A stretch of DNA of 64,000 nt from the human T2T-CHM13v2.0 reference genome, Homo sapiens. The notes under the pieces are model-generated. The model did no database searches and was not told the origin of the DNA. It saw nothing but the letters and a program-made list of their open reading frames with translations. Position numbers and translations under genes: made by a program. The stretch is from NCBI RefSeq assembly GCF_009914755.1, contig NC_060926.1; one strand, written 5' to 3'. This document shows, piece by piece, positions 14,440 through 27,127 of the stretch (position 1 is its first letter; each line of letters starts with the position of its first letter).

Positions 14440-15065
14440 TCAGTAAGAATTATGTGGCTTCAAGTGGCAGAATACCTACCTACAACCGGCTTGAGCATAG
14501 AGAGAGATTATTGGCTCATGATACTTGAAAGTCCAGAGGCTGGTATGGCTTCAGACAGGTCCGCACCCAGGGAATCAAATGAAATCATTTGGATCCATCC
14601 TCTCTTCCAGCTTCACATTGTACCCAGATGTGAAGAATTTAGAGGCTTTTCTTTCCTCACTCCTTTCCTTTCCTCACTAATGGCTTTAGTCATAGATACA
14701 CTCTCCTGTCTTGTGCCACAGTGGCCTCCAGGAGCTCCATGTTTACATCCTTACAGTTCTAGTTCAATTGAAAACAGAGTCTGCCTTTCTTTAAACAGTT
14801 TCCAAGCTCTGATATTCCAATCCACTGGCTCTGATTGGGATTCATGTCCGGTCTTGAACCATGTTTGGTGACCAAAGGACTACAGAGTCTTAACCAAGTC
14901 TAACTACATTACGCATTTGTGCCAGAAGCTAAAGGAAGTGTCAGCATCACCTGGGCAGTAGATATTGGATGCTTGAGCAAGAACATTCTCTAGAGAAAAA
15001 TTGTGGTGCAGGCATAAGGAGATGAGGGGTGTGTGTACAGGGTTTCAAGTATAGCAAGTGTCCAG
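14440..15065. mobile_element. Old MaLR LTR (MLT1-type), degenerate
   Basis: TTCAAGTGGCAGAA, TTATTGGCTCATG...GAAAGTCCAG and GGCTCTGATTGG motifs. Confidence 0.45.
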
Positions 15066-16499
15066 TATAGATTTTTGTTACCACTGGTCAATCACAGAAG
15101 AGGATAGTAAAGTGAAGGGAGGTTGTCTTATGGTGACATCTAAAAGCCACTAAAATGACATTCCCTGGAAATAGTTTCTTGAAGAATTATGTCTTGTAGG
15201 GAATATGTTTGTGGAAGCTGAACACACAAATAAGTGGACGGCCCCTCTCCATGACCCAAATTCAGATACGTCTCTAGCAAAAGTTCTATCACAGATACTC
15301 TTACTATTAGTCAATGTCTTCCTATATCTTGCTACACCTCTGATTAAAAACAAATAAACAAAAAAACTTGTCTGTATGTAGAACTATCAATTTTTAGGGT
15401 GATTTCCCATTTATTTTTTCATCTGAAATGTTCTCTAAGTGCTTTCTATTTTATTAGCTAAACTAATTTTACTTTGTTTAAATTTCAAAATGATATATAG
15501 AGAGTCAAACAGAATGGCTTCTAAAATATTTTAGTTTGAGACTTACTCTGTCTGAGCAGCCCTAACTACATTTTTCTCTTTAAGATACAGTTTTATTAAA
15601 CCCTATTCACTTCATACTAAATTTAATACTAGATTATTATATCCAAGGAAAGAAAAATACTTAACTCTACTAACCATTCTGTTTTATTTTCTTTTTGTGA
15701 GATTTGACTCTTTTTTCCAGCATATTGAGGTATTTTGAGGTCAAGTTTATCATGAAATAAACTTCCCTATTCCTCAACCCATCACATTATTATGTAGATT
15801 GGGTTAAAGTGAGGCTGCAATGATTTCCTCATCCTATGCAGTAGTTTCCTCTACCTGAAGGTTTCTTAAGCAAAATATCTACTCATTCCTAGAGCCAGAC
15901 TTGAGAGGCATGTACCTTAGAGTTCTTGAAGCCAGGATTTATGATTCAGTTCTAAGCTGAAGATGGCGAATATTAATTGCGAAAGGATACAGGAAGAAAA
16001 CCCTCCAGATTCTTCACATCTGGGTACAATGTAACATAAAAGGAGGAGCAAAGGTATTAAATTTGGGTAAGAAGGAAAGAATGTTAAGGACAGTCTAAAG
16101 ATTGTGTTTTACCTGTGTATATACACTTTTAGCCAAATTGCCAGAAATAACAAAAGGAGTGATAAATTTCCTGTTTAATCCTGACTACTGCAAATTGACT
16201 GCACCCCTACTATTCCTCAGAAACCAATTTCTCTGGGTTCACTAATGACCTAAAACTGCCAAATACAAGAACATATTCCTGTCCTTATGTTAGTTGTTAT
16301 TTCTGTTTTATTTTGTAATCTTGACTCCTAATTCTATGTAATTCCACTCCCTGATGGCTTTGATGACAACATTCATCTTAATGACTTTTCTCCTATTTCT
16401 GTGGTCCTGTTTCTAGTCTCTCATCATCCAAGTCAGAAACTGAGAGTCAGACTAAAGTCATCCTTCATACATGTTCCTTCTCCAACACATTCACTTTGA

Positions 16500-17070
16500 T
16501 TTTTAACAGCTTACGTTAAGAGAACTTGCATACTGTAAAGCTCACTCATCTAAAGTGTATGATGCAGTAATTTTTAGTGTAGTCACAGATTCATGTAACT
16601 ATCACCACAATTAATTTTAATACACTTTATCACCCCCAACAGGAAGCTCCATATTCATTAGCAGTCACTTTCCATTTCCCCCCAACTTTCCATCCCTGCA
16701 TCCCCAGCCCTAGGAAACCACTAATCCACTTTCTGTCTTTATCAATTTGCCTATTCTAAATGTTCCATATGAATGGAATTATATATGATGTGGTCTTTTG
16801 TGACTGGCTTTTTTCCCTTAGCATAATAAACTTTGAGGTTCAACCATAATATAGGACGTATCAGTATTTCATTCATTTTATCAAATAGTATTTCATTATA
16901 TAGCTATATCAAATTTTATCTATCCATTCATCAGTTGATGGTTACTTAGGTTGTTTTCACTTTTGGGGGATTATCAATAATCCTACTAGTAGCATTCATG
17001 TATAAGTTTTTGTATGAATGTATGTTTTTATTTCTCTTGGGTATATACCTAGGAGTAGAATTGCTGGATA
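16500..17070 (-). mobile_element. L1MB-type 3' end
   Basis: CCCCAGCCCTAGGAAACCACTAATCCACTTTCTGTCT...GGGTATATACCTAGGAGTAGAATTGCTGGAT. Confidence 0.85.
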
Positions 17071-17071
17071 T

Positions 17072-17220
17072 CTTTTATAAGGGTGCTAATCCCATTTGTG
17101 AGGGCTTCGCCCTTATGACCTAACCATCTACCAAAGGCCCTGCCTCCTAATACCATCACCTTTGAGATTAAGATTTCAAAATGTGAATTTTGAGGAGACA
17201 CAAATATTCAGTCTATGGCA
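17072..17220 (-). mobile_element. MaLR LTR fragment (MLT1A/MSTC-like)
   Basis: TTATAAGGGTGCTAATCCCATT...CCTCCTAATACCATCACC...ATTCAGTCTATGGCA. Confidence 0.75.
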
Positions 17221-17230
17221 CATAGTCATA

Positions 17231-17649
17231 TGTATTAGTTCATTTTCACGTTGCCAAAAAGAAATATCTAAGACTAGGTAATCTATTTTTCTTTAAAGAA
17301 AAAAGAGGTTTAATTGGCTCACAGTTCTATAGGCTGTACAGGAAGCATGGCAGCAACTGCTTCTGGGGAGGCCATGGGGAACTTACAATCACGGCAGAAG
17401 GCAAAGCCAGAGCTAGCATCTTCACAACATGGCCAGGGTATGAGGAAGAGAGATGGGGGAGGTGCCACATACTTTTAAACAACCAGACCTTGTGATAACT
17501 CTGTCACGAGGACAGCACCAAAGGGATAGTGATAAACCAGTAGAAACTGACCCCCTAATCCAATCACCTCCCACCAGGACCCACCTCCAACATTGGGGAT
17601 TACAACTGGACACCAGATTTGGGCAGGAACACAGATCCAAACTGTATCA
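17231..17649 (-). mobile_element. MST-family (MaLR) solo LTR
   Basis: TGTATTAGT...CAAACTGTATCA termini; near 5-bp TSD TCATA/GCATA. Confidence 0.9.
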
Positions 17650-17711
17650 GCATACCTACTCTTCTTTCCAGTTTGTGACCTCTGTCATAGTTTAGGACCT
17701 CATTAGTTTTC

Positions 17712-18017
17712 TTTTTCTTTTTCTTTTTTTTTTTTTGAGACAGAGTCTCACTATGTCGCCTAGTCTGGAGTGCAATGGTGTGATCTCAGCTCACTGCAAC
17801 CTCCGCCTCCCAAGTTCAAGCTATTCTCCTGCCTCAGCCTGCTGAGTAGCTGGTATTATAGGCATGCACCACCATGCCTGGCTAATTTTTGTATTTTTAG
17901 TACAGACGGGTTTTACCATGTTTGCCAGGCTGGTCTTGGACTCCTGACCTCAGATGATCCACCCGCCTCAGCCTCCCAAAGTGCTGGGATTACAGGTGTG
18001 AGCCACTGTGCCTAGCC
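17712..18017 (-). mobile_element. AluS
   Basis: Full dimeric Alu; perfect 19-bp TSD TAGGACCTCATTAGTTTTC at 17693-17711 and 18018-18036. Confidence 0.97.
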
Positions 18018-18479
18018 TAGGACCTCATTAGTTTTCACTGGGATTGGGGAATAAATATTTATAGACATAGTGTGTGTGTGTGTTTTAGTATATATGTATG
18101 TAAGTGTATGTGGGTGTTTGTGTGTAGTCTCTTCTGTATATACCCATATATATATTGCTGTTTGTGTGGTGGTAAACTTCCCTTTTCAAGGAAGGGATTA
18201 CTTTATAAAGAGTCAAAAGTTTAAAATGAAAATAATCTGAAAAGCAATTCCTCACTTTCTCACAAACTCTGAGACTGAGTCCTTAGAAATCAGTTTTTTG
18301 CTTTGTTCTTTAAGAAGTAAATGATAGGAAGAGGGCTGAGTAATTGAAATGAGGGAAGTGATCTTATTAAATAGATTTTGAATCCCAATTATACTTAAAT
18401 TGTGTTTCTGTAGCCAAAAATGTAATAAACACGAATAAATCTTCTTTATCATCATTTATAATACCATCTGTACAGATAA

Positions 18480-18640
18480 TCTAATAACCTCTATGGAATG
18501 TCTGCTCTGTTCTAGGCACTCTACATTTCTTTAACTTAATTTCACAACCTTACAAGGTAGTTAAAGATGAGTATCACAGAGGCATTAACTGATACTAGAA
18601 AGGTTAAGTGAAGTGCCCAAGGTCACAGAGCTAGTTTGGA
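18480..18640 (-). mobile_element. MIR
   Basis: AGAAAGGTTAAGTGAAGTGCCCAAGGTCACAGAGCTAGT core. Confidence 0.65.
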
Positions 18641-18927
18641 TCTGTGTTCCCACCCAAATCTTGTGCCATATTTTAACGAGGATTTCACCCAAGGATTCTC
18701 TTGCTCTAAACCCACATTCTTTCTTAGGCCAAGTACACATCAAAGCATTATTCTATTATTTAAGTGTCAGAATAATGAAAAAAAAACAAACCAGCATTTC
18801 TTAGAGAAGAAAGGTAATGTGGGCTGAGGCTGTCAAGGACAGGATCAGAAAGAGGTGACTTTTAAGCCAGCCCTTAGGAGGAGATGGAGAGAGGGTAGAG
18901 ATGTTTTGCCATAAAGAATAGCATGGC

Positions 18928-19184
18928 TATCATTGATAGGAGCTGAATTATGAGAACACATGGACACAGTGTGGGGAACAACACACACTGGAGCCTGCTG
19001 GAAGTGGGTAGGATGAGGGGAAGGAGAGCATCAGGGAAAATAGCTAATGGATGGTGAACTTAATACCTAGGTTATGGGATGATCTGTGCAGCAAAGCATC
19101 ATGACACACATTTACCTATGCAACAAACCTGTACATCTTGCACATGTACCCTGAGATTAAAATTAAAGTTGAAGAAAAAAAAAC
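18928..19184 (+). mobile_element. Short 5'-truncated L1PA (3'UTR only)
   Basis: GAGAACACATGGACACAG...ACAAACCTGTACATCTTGCACATGTACCC plus A-tail; TSD GAATAG(C/T)ATGGC at 18916-18927 and 19185-19196. Confidence 0.9.
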
Positions 19185-20814
19185 GAATAGTATGGCATAA
19201 GGAAATAAATAGTCTCATAGAGCATTCAGTCTGGGCCTCATAAGAGATTGCTTTTTTTTTGCTTCATCTCTTTGGGACAAATGTTCCTGCCTGATTTAAT
19301 AGAAATGGTATATTCTCTGCAGATACCTTTGAGCCATACTCTGAGATGCAGAGATATTTTATGTTGGAACCAGCTCTGTCAGCATGCTTGAATAGGCAGA
19401 ATTTTTCCTCTAAGCTATCTGAAATGGAGCTGAGTTACCAATAAGCAAATCATAACACACAAGAATGGAAAAGACGAACATTTATTCCATCCAACTAGTG
19501 CTTACATTAATCTGATTAATTAAAGCATGAATGAAAACTATTTACTTGTGAGTGTTGTGAAAGAGCAGCATTAAATTAGCCCTTCACCCTAGCAGACACA
19601 CTGTGATTGTTGGCTCTCATTCTGTTTTTAGCCTCATTGCTTTCTTGTATTTCCTACTAGTGGAAGCTGGGCCAGTGCATAGCCAGTGAAGGCTTTCTCT
19701 TATTTCACTGGTGACCAGACTCAAAAAAAGCAAGGTTTTTATATTGAAATTCGTCAAGAAACTTGCCATCAGACGAGTACATATGCATGACCACAAGGTC
19801 ACTACCCAAATGGAGGCAAGAAAATGAGAGTTATCTTTTGCCTTTTTGAAGATTTTTCCAGAGGGGTTTAGTTGCCAGTTGGGTTTTATCTAATTTAGTT
19901 TCCTCTAAATATTTTTATAAACAGCAAGTTTATTTCCAGTTTTCTATTGTTTGCATTAACTAGGGGGTTTAATAATTTCTCACATTTATCAGTGGAAATA
20001 AACTATTTTTATTGAATATATTCTAGCAAAAGATGCTTTGAAGTTTTTTTTGGAAATATTTAAGAACCTAAAGAATGTGACCAAAAATTCCTCATAAAAT
20101 AGCCTTTTGCTCAGGGTCTTATGTTGGCTTGGATTCTGGCTTTGACCTTGCAATCTCTGTCTATAGTGACCACATTAAATGTTACTTGGACTTAATAAGA
20201 TCTTCTGCCTTCAAAGATGAAGCAAAAAGTGTTGATAGTTTTTAAAATAAAGAAATGAAAGCAATAGGGTGCGAGAAGTGTCTTAAAATTGAAATAAACT
20301 CAAAATAAAATTGAATTTGTAAGTAACTGGTTATGACATGGAGTGCCATAAAACTGAAAATATTTGACTGTAGAGATTTCTTGGTAAAGAAGAGAAATAT
20401 TTGGAGTCATAATTTTAAATATAATGTCAAGTTCTGTTTAAATAAACAAAGTTTATTTAAAATTTAGACAAGATAGAAGGCCAGAGAAAGAAAGGGTAGC
20501 TTTATTTAGTAAGTCAAAATATATGTTATAGCATTTATCAAATTCATAAGATATTTGACCAAGTGATAAATATGAAGCTTATGTTCTGAAAGGGTAGACA
20601 AAAAATGCAACCAGCTTTGTGGTAGACAGTTGTTTAAGTATATTGATAATATCCTTTTTAAAATTTGTCCACCTGAAGCCTCTCTTGATCACCTCCTTGC
20701 CTCCAACCTTGGAAATTTTGTTAGCTCTGCCCCTAATACTTGGCTCTCTCTATTACATCTTTAATACTTGGCTGTATTAGGAAGTATATTCCACTCAGTG
20801 GTAATCTTGGTTTT

Positions 20815-20930
20815 GTCTCCTTCTTATCTATTAGAAGGTGAGCAACTTGAAGCAGAGGCTTCGCTTTGTCTTTGTGTCTCTAGCACCTTGCCAAAGGCCT
20901 GCTAATAAATAATTATCATATTGAATGGGT
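20815..20930 (+). mobile_element. L2 3' end fragment
   Basis: TAGAAGGTGAGCAACTTGAAGCAGAG...TTTGTGTCTCTAGCACC. Confidence 0.5.
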
Positions 20931-21176
20931 CTACACAATGTTCTCAGTATGCTCAGACATCTGTGATCACCTTTACTTACAGAGACAGGGCAGATTTGAA
21001 ATATTTGCCCCTATCTTTGAAGCTAATACCTGGAGGTGCAAACTAGGTGGAGCAGAGCCCAGGAGCTATTTCTAGGAAGAAAGCATTTCTCTGATCCTTT
21101 GCTTCTGCCCACAGTGTTAATAACATTTTGTTCTGCACCCACACTCTCAATTTCATTCCAGCTGGGACTCTTCTGA

Positions 21177-21682
<506 letters not shown>

Positions 21683-22876
21683 TCAGGAGAGTTATTAAGC
21701 ATAGCCTGCCAATAACTTCAAAATAACTTTGTATTAGTTTGTGATTTCAGAAACACCTTCACAAACCTTTTTTTTTTAAATTTGATTGATCCTTATAGCA
21801 ACATTGTCAGTTTGGGTGGGCGAGGGAGTTATAATGCTGTATCCACACGAAGGAATCTGCTTTAGTTGGTTGGTAAAGTCTTCACAGGACCTGGAATTTA
21901 CAAGATTGGTAGCTTGATATACAGAAGATATTGGAAAGGGAAAAATGTTACCAATAGAGATAACAATGTGAGAATGAAACAGAGGCATAAAAATGTATGT
22001 TATAATTCAGAATACTCAGTAGTACAGAAACTAAGGGTACATGGTGGAGAGGGGATGGAACCTACAAAGGTAAAGCAGCCAGGAATCACATCAGAAAGGA
22101 TCTTGCTTGCCATGCTAAGGGGCTTGGACTTCATCCTTGGACAGTAGTGAGTCACTGAATGCTGTTTAACAGAAGACAGCTGTGACTATTTCTGTGCTTC
22201 ATAAAAATTATTCAGAAGCATTGTTGCTCATGATTAGAACAGAAGCATGCCCTTTTTTTCTGCTTCAAAATATATTCTATTCACACTTGAAATTCAATTG
22301 CATGATCCTACCCAAGGTGAAGGGCAATTACCAACCTGTTCATTGTAAATCTCACTCTTCTCCAAAGAAAGAGTCTCCAGATGAAAGTGAGGGGGACCTT
22401 TGCTATTACAGGGATAATCTCAGATACATTTAAATTTTATTAAAAATCATTTGCAACTATTAGCCCATTATCATTATTAGTAAATTAAATATGATATTCT
22501 TTATGTTTAAAACACTGTGTCTGATCAGAAAGAAATGACAGTGGAAGAAGGAAGGCAGAAGAACAATCAGAGCACTAGGTGGAGAACCAGGAGAGAGACC
22601 TGACTTATTGGGGCATGGCAGAGAACCTGAGCTTTGTTCCTGTAACCACAACTGCTACTGAATTTATCCCAACAGCAAAACTCCCACTCTTATATTTTAA
22701 GCCTTCTCTGCTGGTACCCTGTTCTAAACTTACAAGGCTGGATGACTCCTAACAAGTGTTAAAAATACTTGACTGTAGCCTAGGGACATATTTTTTTTAA
22801 TGTGTGGGTAAAGAGTTTTCCTTCTTCAACAAGTTCAATTGAAGAAAGCTTCTTATGCCTATTTCAAAACACACGC

Positions 22877-23020
22877 ACAAATTTAGGAGCAGTGAGATGA
22901 ATTCTCTTGCAGCTATTTTGATTTGAGTTGTTTCCCCCTTGGAATTTGTGGATAGAAACTGTTATATTAGGCTCCACATCATTAGTTATATTTCAACTTG
23001 AACTTTAAAAGTAGGGCTGG
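22877..23020 (+). repeat. Copy A of a ~140-bp dispersed direct repeat (copy B at 26986-27127)
   Basis: 60-bp core 22939-22998 differs from 27046-27105 at only 4 positions. Confidence 0.9.
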
Positions 23021-23779
23021 AGACCTGAGGTAATGATTACCCCCAAGAATCCTTTTATCCTTTTAAGGGCAGATGAGGTAGATGAGTCCCTACTTTTGTA
23101 ACTAGAAGAACTTGATAGGCTAATGTTTCTGATGATATCTTCTGTTAAAAAAAAAAACTAACCCTGAGATACTCTTTAGAAAGAGTTCTGTTGTCCAATA
23201 CTTATTTTAAATTATTCTTATAAAAAGCTCTCTATTAAAGAATCATAATACACATCAGTGATTTAAATATCTTAAGAAATCCTTCAGTAACAAAATTAAT
23301 CTGTTTAACATTTTATTGCTTGCCCTCTACTTCCTATCTTCCTATAATGGGTCAGAATGTGGACATGAATGTCAGCCAACCTCAAATATGAGGCCGAGGA
23401 AAATGCCCTAAGAGCGAACACAATAGCAAAATGGGTCCCTGTCCACCTCGCAAAGCAAAGCCTGCCTTTCACCCTAGACTTTTATGGGGAGATCATTGTT
23501 TGTCCTGTTTTAGTGAGGGTTTTTAAGTTTCATTTGTTGTAATATCTCAGCTTATACACTCTTATACTCAACATACTTAAACTATTTTGACCACAGAAAT
23601 TGTCTTAACGGTTTTATTGGAAAATCTGCTATCAATAACATCTTGAAGACTACATTTCTAAAAAAGATATTTTAGGCAACACTGGGCATACCAAAGGATT
23701 CTTTAATTCTGATTTCTTGATTAACAATCCTTGCTCTGTGCATGGCTTGTTCCATGATTTTCCTATTCTCTATTTCCTG

Positions 23780-24090
23780 GTTGGCACTTCTTTAATTGCT
23801 GACACAGGACCCATATTTCACCTATCTGATGGCTCCTGAGAACCCTCCACTGGGTCCTCTGGACCTGGCCAGGATACAGGGGATAAAAGAGTATGTCGAA
23901 GATTACTTGAGAAGTCTGGGGCACCATTATGCAGCAGGTGAACATCACTCTTGCTTAATACTGTATTTGTTGTAAGTCAGTCATATGGTCCTATTAACTG
24001 CCAGGGAACTGGGAGATGTAGTTTAGTTGCTTGTTAGGGAGGAAGGTGAAATCATTCGATGAACACAGAGAGTTGTCTCTGCTCTCCTTG
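23780..24090. mobile_element. MLT1 (I/J-like) LTR fragment
   Basis: AGTCATATGGTCCTATTAACTGCCAGGGAACTGGGAGATGTAGTTT resembles the MLT1I/J motif. Confidence 0.5.
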
Positions 24091-24321
24091 AAAAATATCA
24101 GAGATTCCCATCTTTAATTCAACTCTTTCTAGTTGTTTTCTCTTTTGGAAATACATTAATGCTTCTTCAAGGAGCCAGGCAAAGCAATCAGATCACTCAC
24201 TGTAATCCTTATGAGGAAGTGTATATCCTTTTCATGGTCAAGGTTGTTTTGTTTAGTGGAAAGAAAGTTGGTTGAAGAATAATGTGGTCAGATTTCTAGT
24301 TCTCTCTCTTGAAGTTATAGC

Positions 24322-24595
24322 TTTTTTTTTTTTTTTTTTTGGTGAGACGGAGTCTCGCTCTGTCACCAAGGCTGGAGTGCAGTGGTGCGATCTCGGCTCA
24401 CTACAAGCTCTGCCTCCCAAGTAGCTGTGACCACAGGCACCCACCACCACGCCCGGCTAATTTGTTTGTATTTTTTTTAGTAGAGACGGGGTTTCACCGT
24501 GTTGCCAGGATGGTCTCGATCTCCTGACCTCATGATCCTCCCGCCTCGGCCTCCCAAAGTGCTGGGATTATAGGTGTGAGCCAACGTGCCCGGCC
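24322..24595 (-). mobile_element. AluY-like with internal deletion
   Basis: CAAGCTC, TTTCACCGTGTT and GGATGGTCTCGATCTCCTGACCTC diagnostics; flanking TTATAGCTTT repeat. Confidence 0.93.
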
Positions 24596-24621
24596 CCTAC
24601 ATTATAGCTTTCTTAAGTCTC

Positions 24622-24658
24622 TATTTTAGTCAGGGTTCTCCAGAGAAACAGAACCAAT

Positions 24659-24707
<49 letters not shown>

Positions 24708-24715
24708 GATGGATG

Positions 24716-24757
<42 letters not shown>

Positions 24758-25245
24758 CAGACAGACTATATGGGATTTGTTAGAGAAATTGGCTTAAGGA
24801 GTTATGGAGGTTAAGAAGACCCAGGATGGACCATCTGCAAGCTGGAGAACCAGGGAAGCTGGTAGCGTGGATCAACCCAAGTCTGAAGGTCTCAGAATCT
24901 GGGAAACCAATGGTGTAATTCTCAGCCTGAAGTCAAAGTCCTGAGAACTCAGGGGGCCACTGGTGCAAGTCTAGGAGTCCGAAGGCCATAGAACCTGGAG
25001 TTCTGATACACAAGGACAGGAGAAGAGGGATGACCCTCTTCTTTTTGTTCTCTCTGAGTCTCAGCCAATTGAATGGTGCTCACCAACACTAGGTGAGGGT
25101 GGATCTTGCTTCCTTATTCAATCCAGCAAGTCCAATGCTAATCTCTTCCACAAGTGACCTCACAGACACGCAAAGAATTAATACTTTGCCGGCTATCTGA
25201 GTACTCCTTAATCCAGTCAAGTGGACACCTAAAATCAATCATCAC
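24622..25245 (-). mobile_element. MLT2 (ERVL) LTR containing a GATA microsatellite
   Basis: TAGTCAGGGTTCTCCAGAGAAACAGAACCAATA start and CAGTCAAGTGGACACCTAAAATCAATCATCAC end. Confidence 0.88.
24660..24766. repeat. Compound (GATA)n/(GATG)/(GACA) tetranucleotide microsatellite
   Basis: Directly visible. Confidence 0.98.
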
Positions 25246-26985
25246 TGTCACCTACCTTTTCTGAGGATCAATCTCCTGATATATAGAATAAGAGAGAAGT
25301 TTACATATTCACTCTGATCATAGTATCTTGTTATTTAAGAGCCAAAGTGGATGTAAGAACCAGCTGTCCCTACATCAGACTCTGTATCAGAAGCCATTTG
25401 ACAACACCTCTGACAGGTGTTCAAATTCTAGTAGAATTCAGAGAAATATCTGTCTGCCAAGGCAGCTCTATTTATTGCCATCAGTTATCATTAAGTCCTT
25501 TCTAGTAATGAGCAAAAATGTAATGGTAAAATCAGCTAGAGCTTAGAGATTTGAGTCCTCCTTCTTCACCTGGTCACATGTGAGTCAACTGGCAGTCCTC
25601 ATTATTCATCTTTCCACTAAATTTTACCATTTATCTTTATAATTTTTCAGATATTATCCTGCATTGTTCAGCAATCTCATCTTCAAGTGTTTGTTTCTCT
25701 TTCCATCCACTCTTCCAAAAACTCTGTCCCATCATCTTGGGGAACATTGAAAGTCACTGCTGGATATTTGACATCTGGTGACAGCTTTATCTTCTGTATG
25801 GGTGAAACTTGGATTTCAACATTGATATCTTTTATTCTTGACTCACCGTTCCATCTACTCCACTTGTACATGATAATGTGGCTTCAATCCCTGCTATAAA
25901 CATGGCTTAGGATGCTACTTCTGCATATTTTGCCCCTTCTTGCTCCATAGCCACATATGAAAACTTGTAGCTTGGACCCTAGACTCCTTTTATCCAAAAA
26001 AGGAGATGGGTTAGATTTCCAAATATGCAGGCATTTCCCCACAGGTCTTCTGCATACAGAAAAGATAAAGATAAAAATGGAAACTTAAACTAACCTCTGG
26101 CAATTCAATGGGACTCTCTTGTGTACATGATCACAAGCATCTGAAAAATGCTAGATGAGGTATTAGATCTGGGAGATACTGGTTTTATCAAGCATATCTT
26201 GTCATTTCCAAGGTTTTCTAGTTACTGACAATGAGTCACTGCTAATTTTTCCATCCTTTTTGTCACAATTACTGACCTCAAGAAGGCAAAGAGTTTCATG
26301 TGTTCTTTGAATGGAATTGAAGCCTTGTGCATCCAAAGATTCTGTTGACTTCCACCCTGCAAACTGACTTTGATGTACCAATGACTCCAGCAGGCTGGGA
26401 AGATATTACTTCCCCAGGAAAACTCTGCCCCATTTCTGTTTATGCAAGTAGCTGTCCTTGCTGAGGTAGTAGGATCAACTAAACAACAAAATCTTCTTTG
26501 AGGCCTGAGCACTTTCCTTTGGGGCCACCTTCTTGAGTTCAGCCTGCATCACTCACTAACCTTGGTTGGTCACAGGAACAGTTATGACAGTACATCTGCA
26601 CAGATGTTGAAGGCATGACTAGCTTAAGGGCCTTCTATGTCCCTTCCTTTACCACTAACCTTAGGATAGAGTTTATTTCTGATAGTTCCAGCCTGGTGGT
26701 GGTATTCTACTCCTTTGCAGAACACATTTAAGCTACTACTCTGATTTCAATTCTCCTCTCTACTTCAGCATCTCAGTGATGAACTACATTCTTAAAACAA
26801 TGTTAGTCCACCCAGAGGATTCTGTATTGCTAGTCAATTTTTAGAACAAGGAGATACTCACTGGAGTCAAACCCAAGGGAAGAACAATTAGGCTATATAT
26901 ATATATGGGTATGTGTGTATATATATTGTGTATATATATATATGTATTTGATAGATTTATGTTTATTTTTACATACATGTTAAGT

Positions 26986-27127
26986 ACAAATTTGGAAGCA
27001 TAAGATGACTTCTCTGCAATTATTTTGCTATGTGTTGCTTTCCCTTTGGAATCTGTGGATAGAAACTATTATATTAGGTTCCACATCACTAGTTATATTT
27101 CAACTAAAATTTCATAACTGGAGCTGG
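26986..27127 (+). repeat. Copy B of the ~140-bp dispersed direct repeat
   Basis: Aligns with 22877-23020. Confidence 0.9.

Noticed and set aside
17770-18015. Alu-derived ORFs (also at 21192, 36629, 37298, 49298, 50804)
   Set aside because: Typical Alu translations (LQPPPP..., [13 protein letters not shown]) with no gene context.
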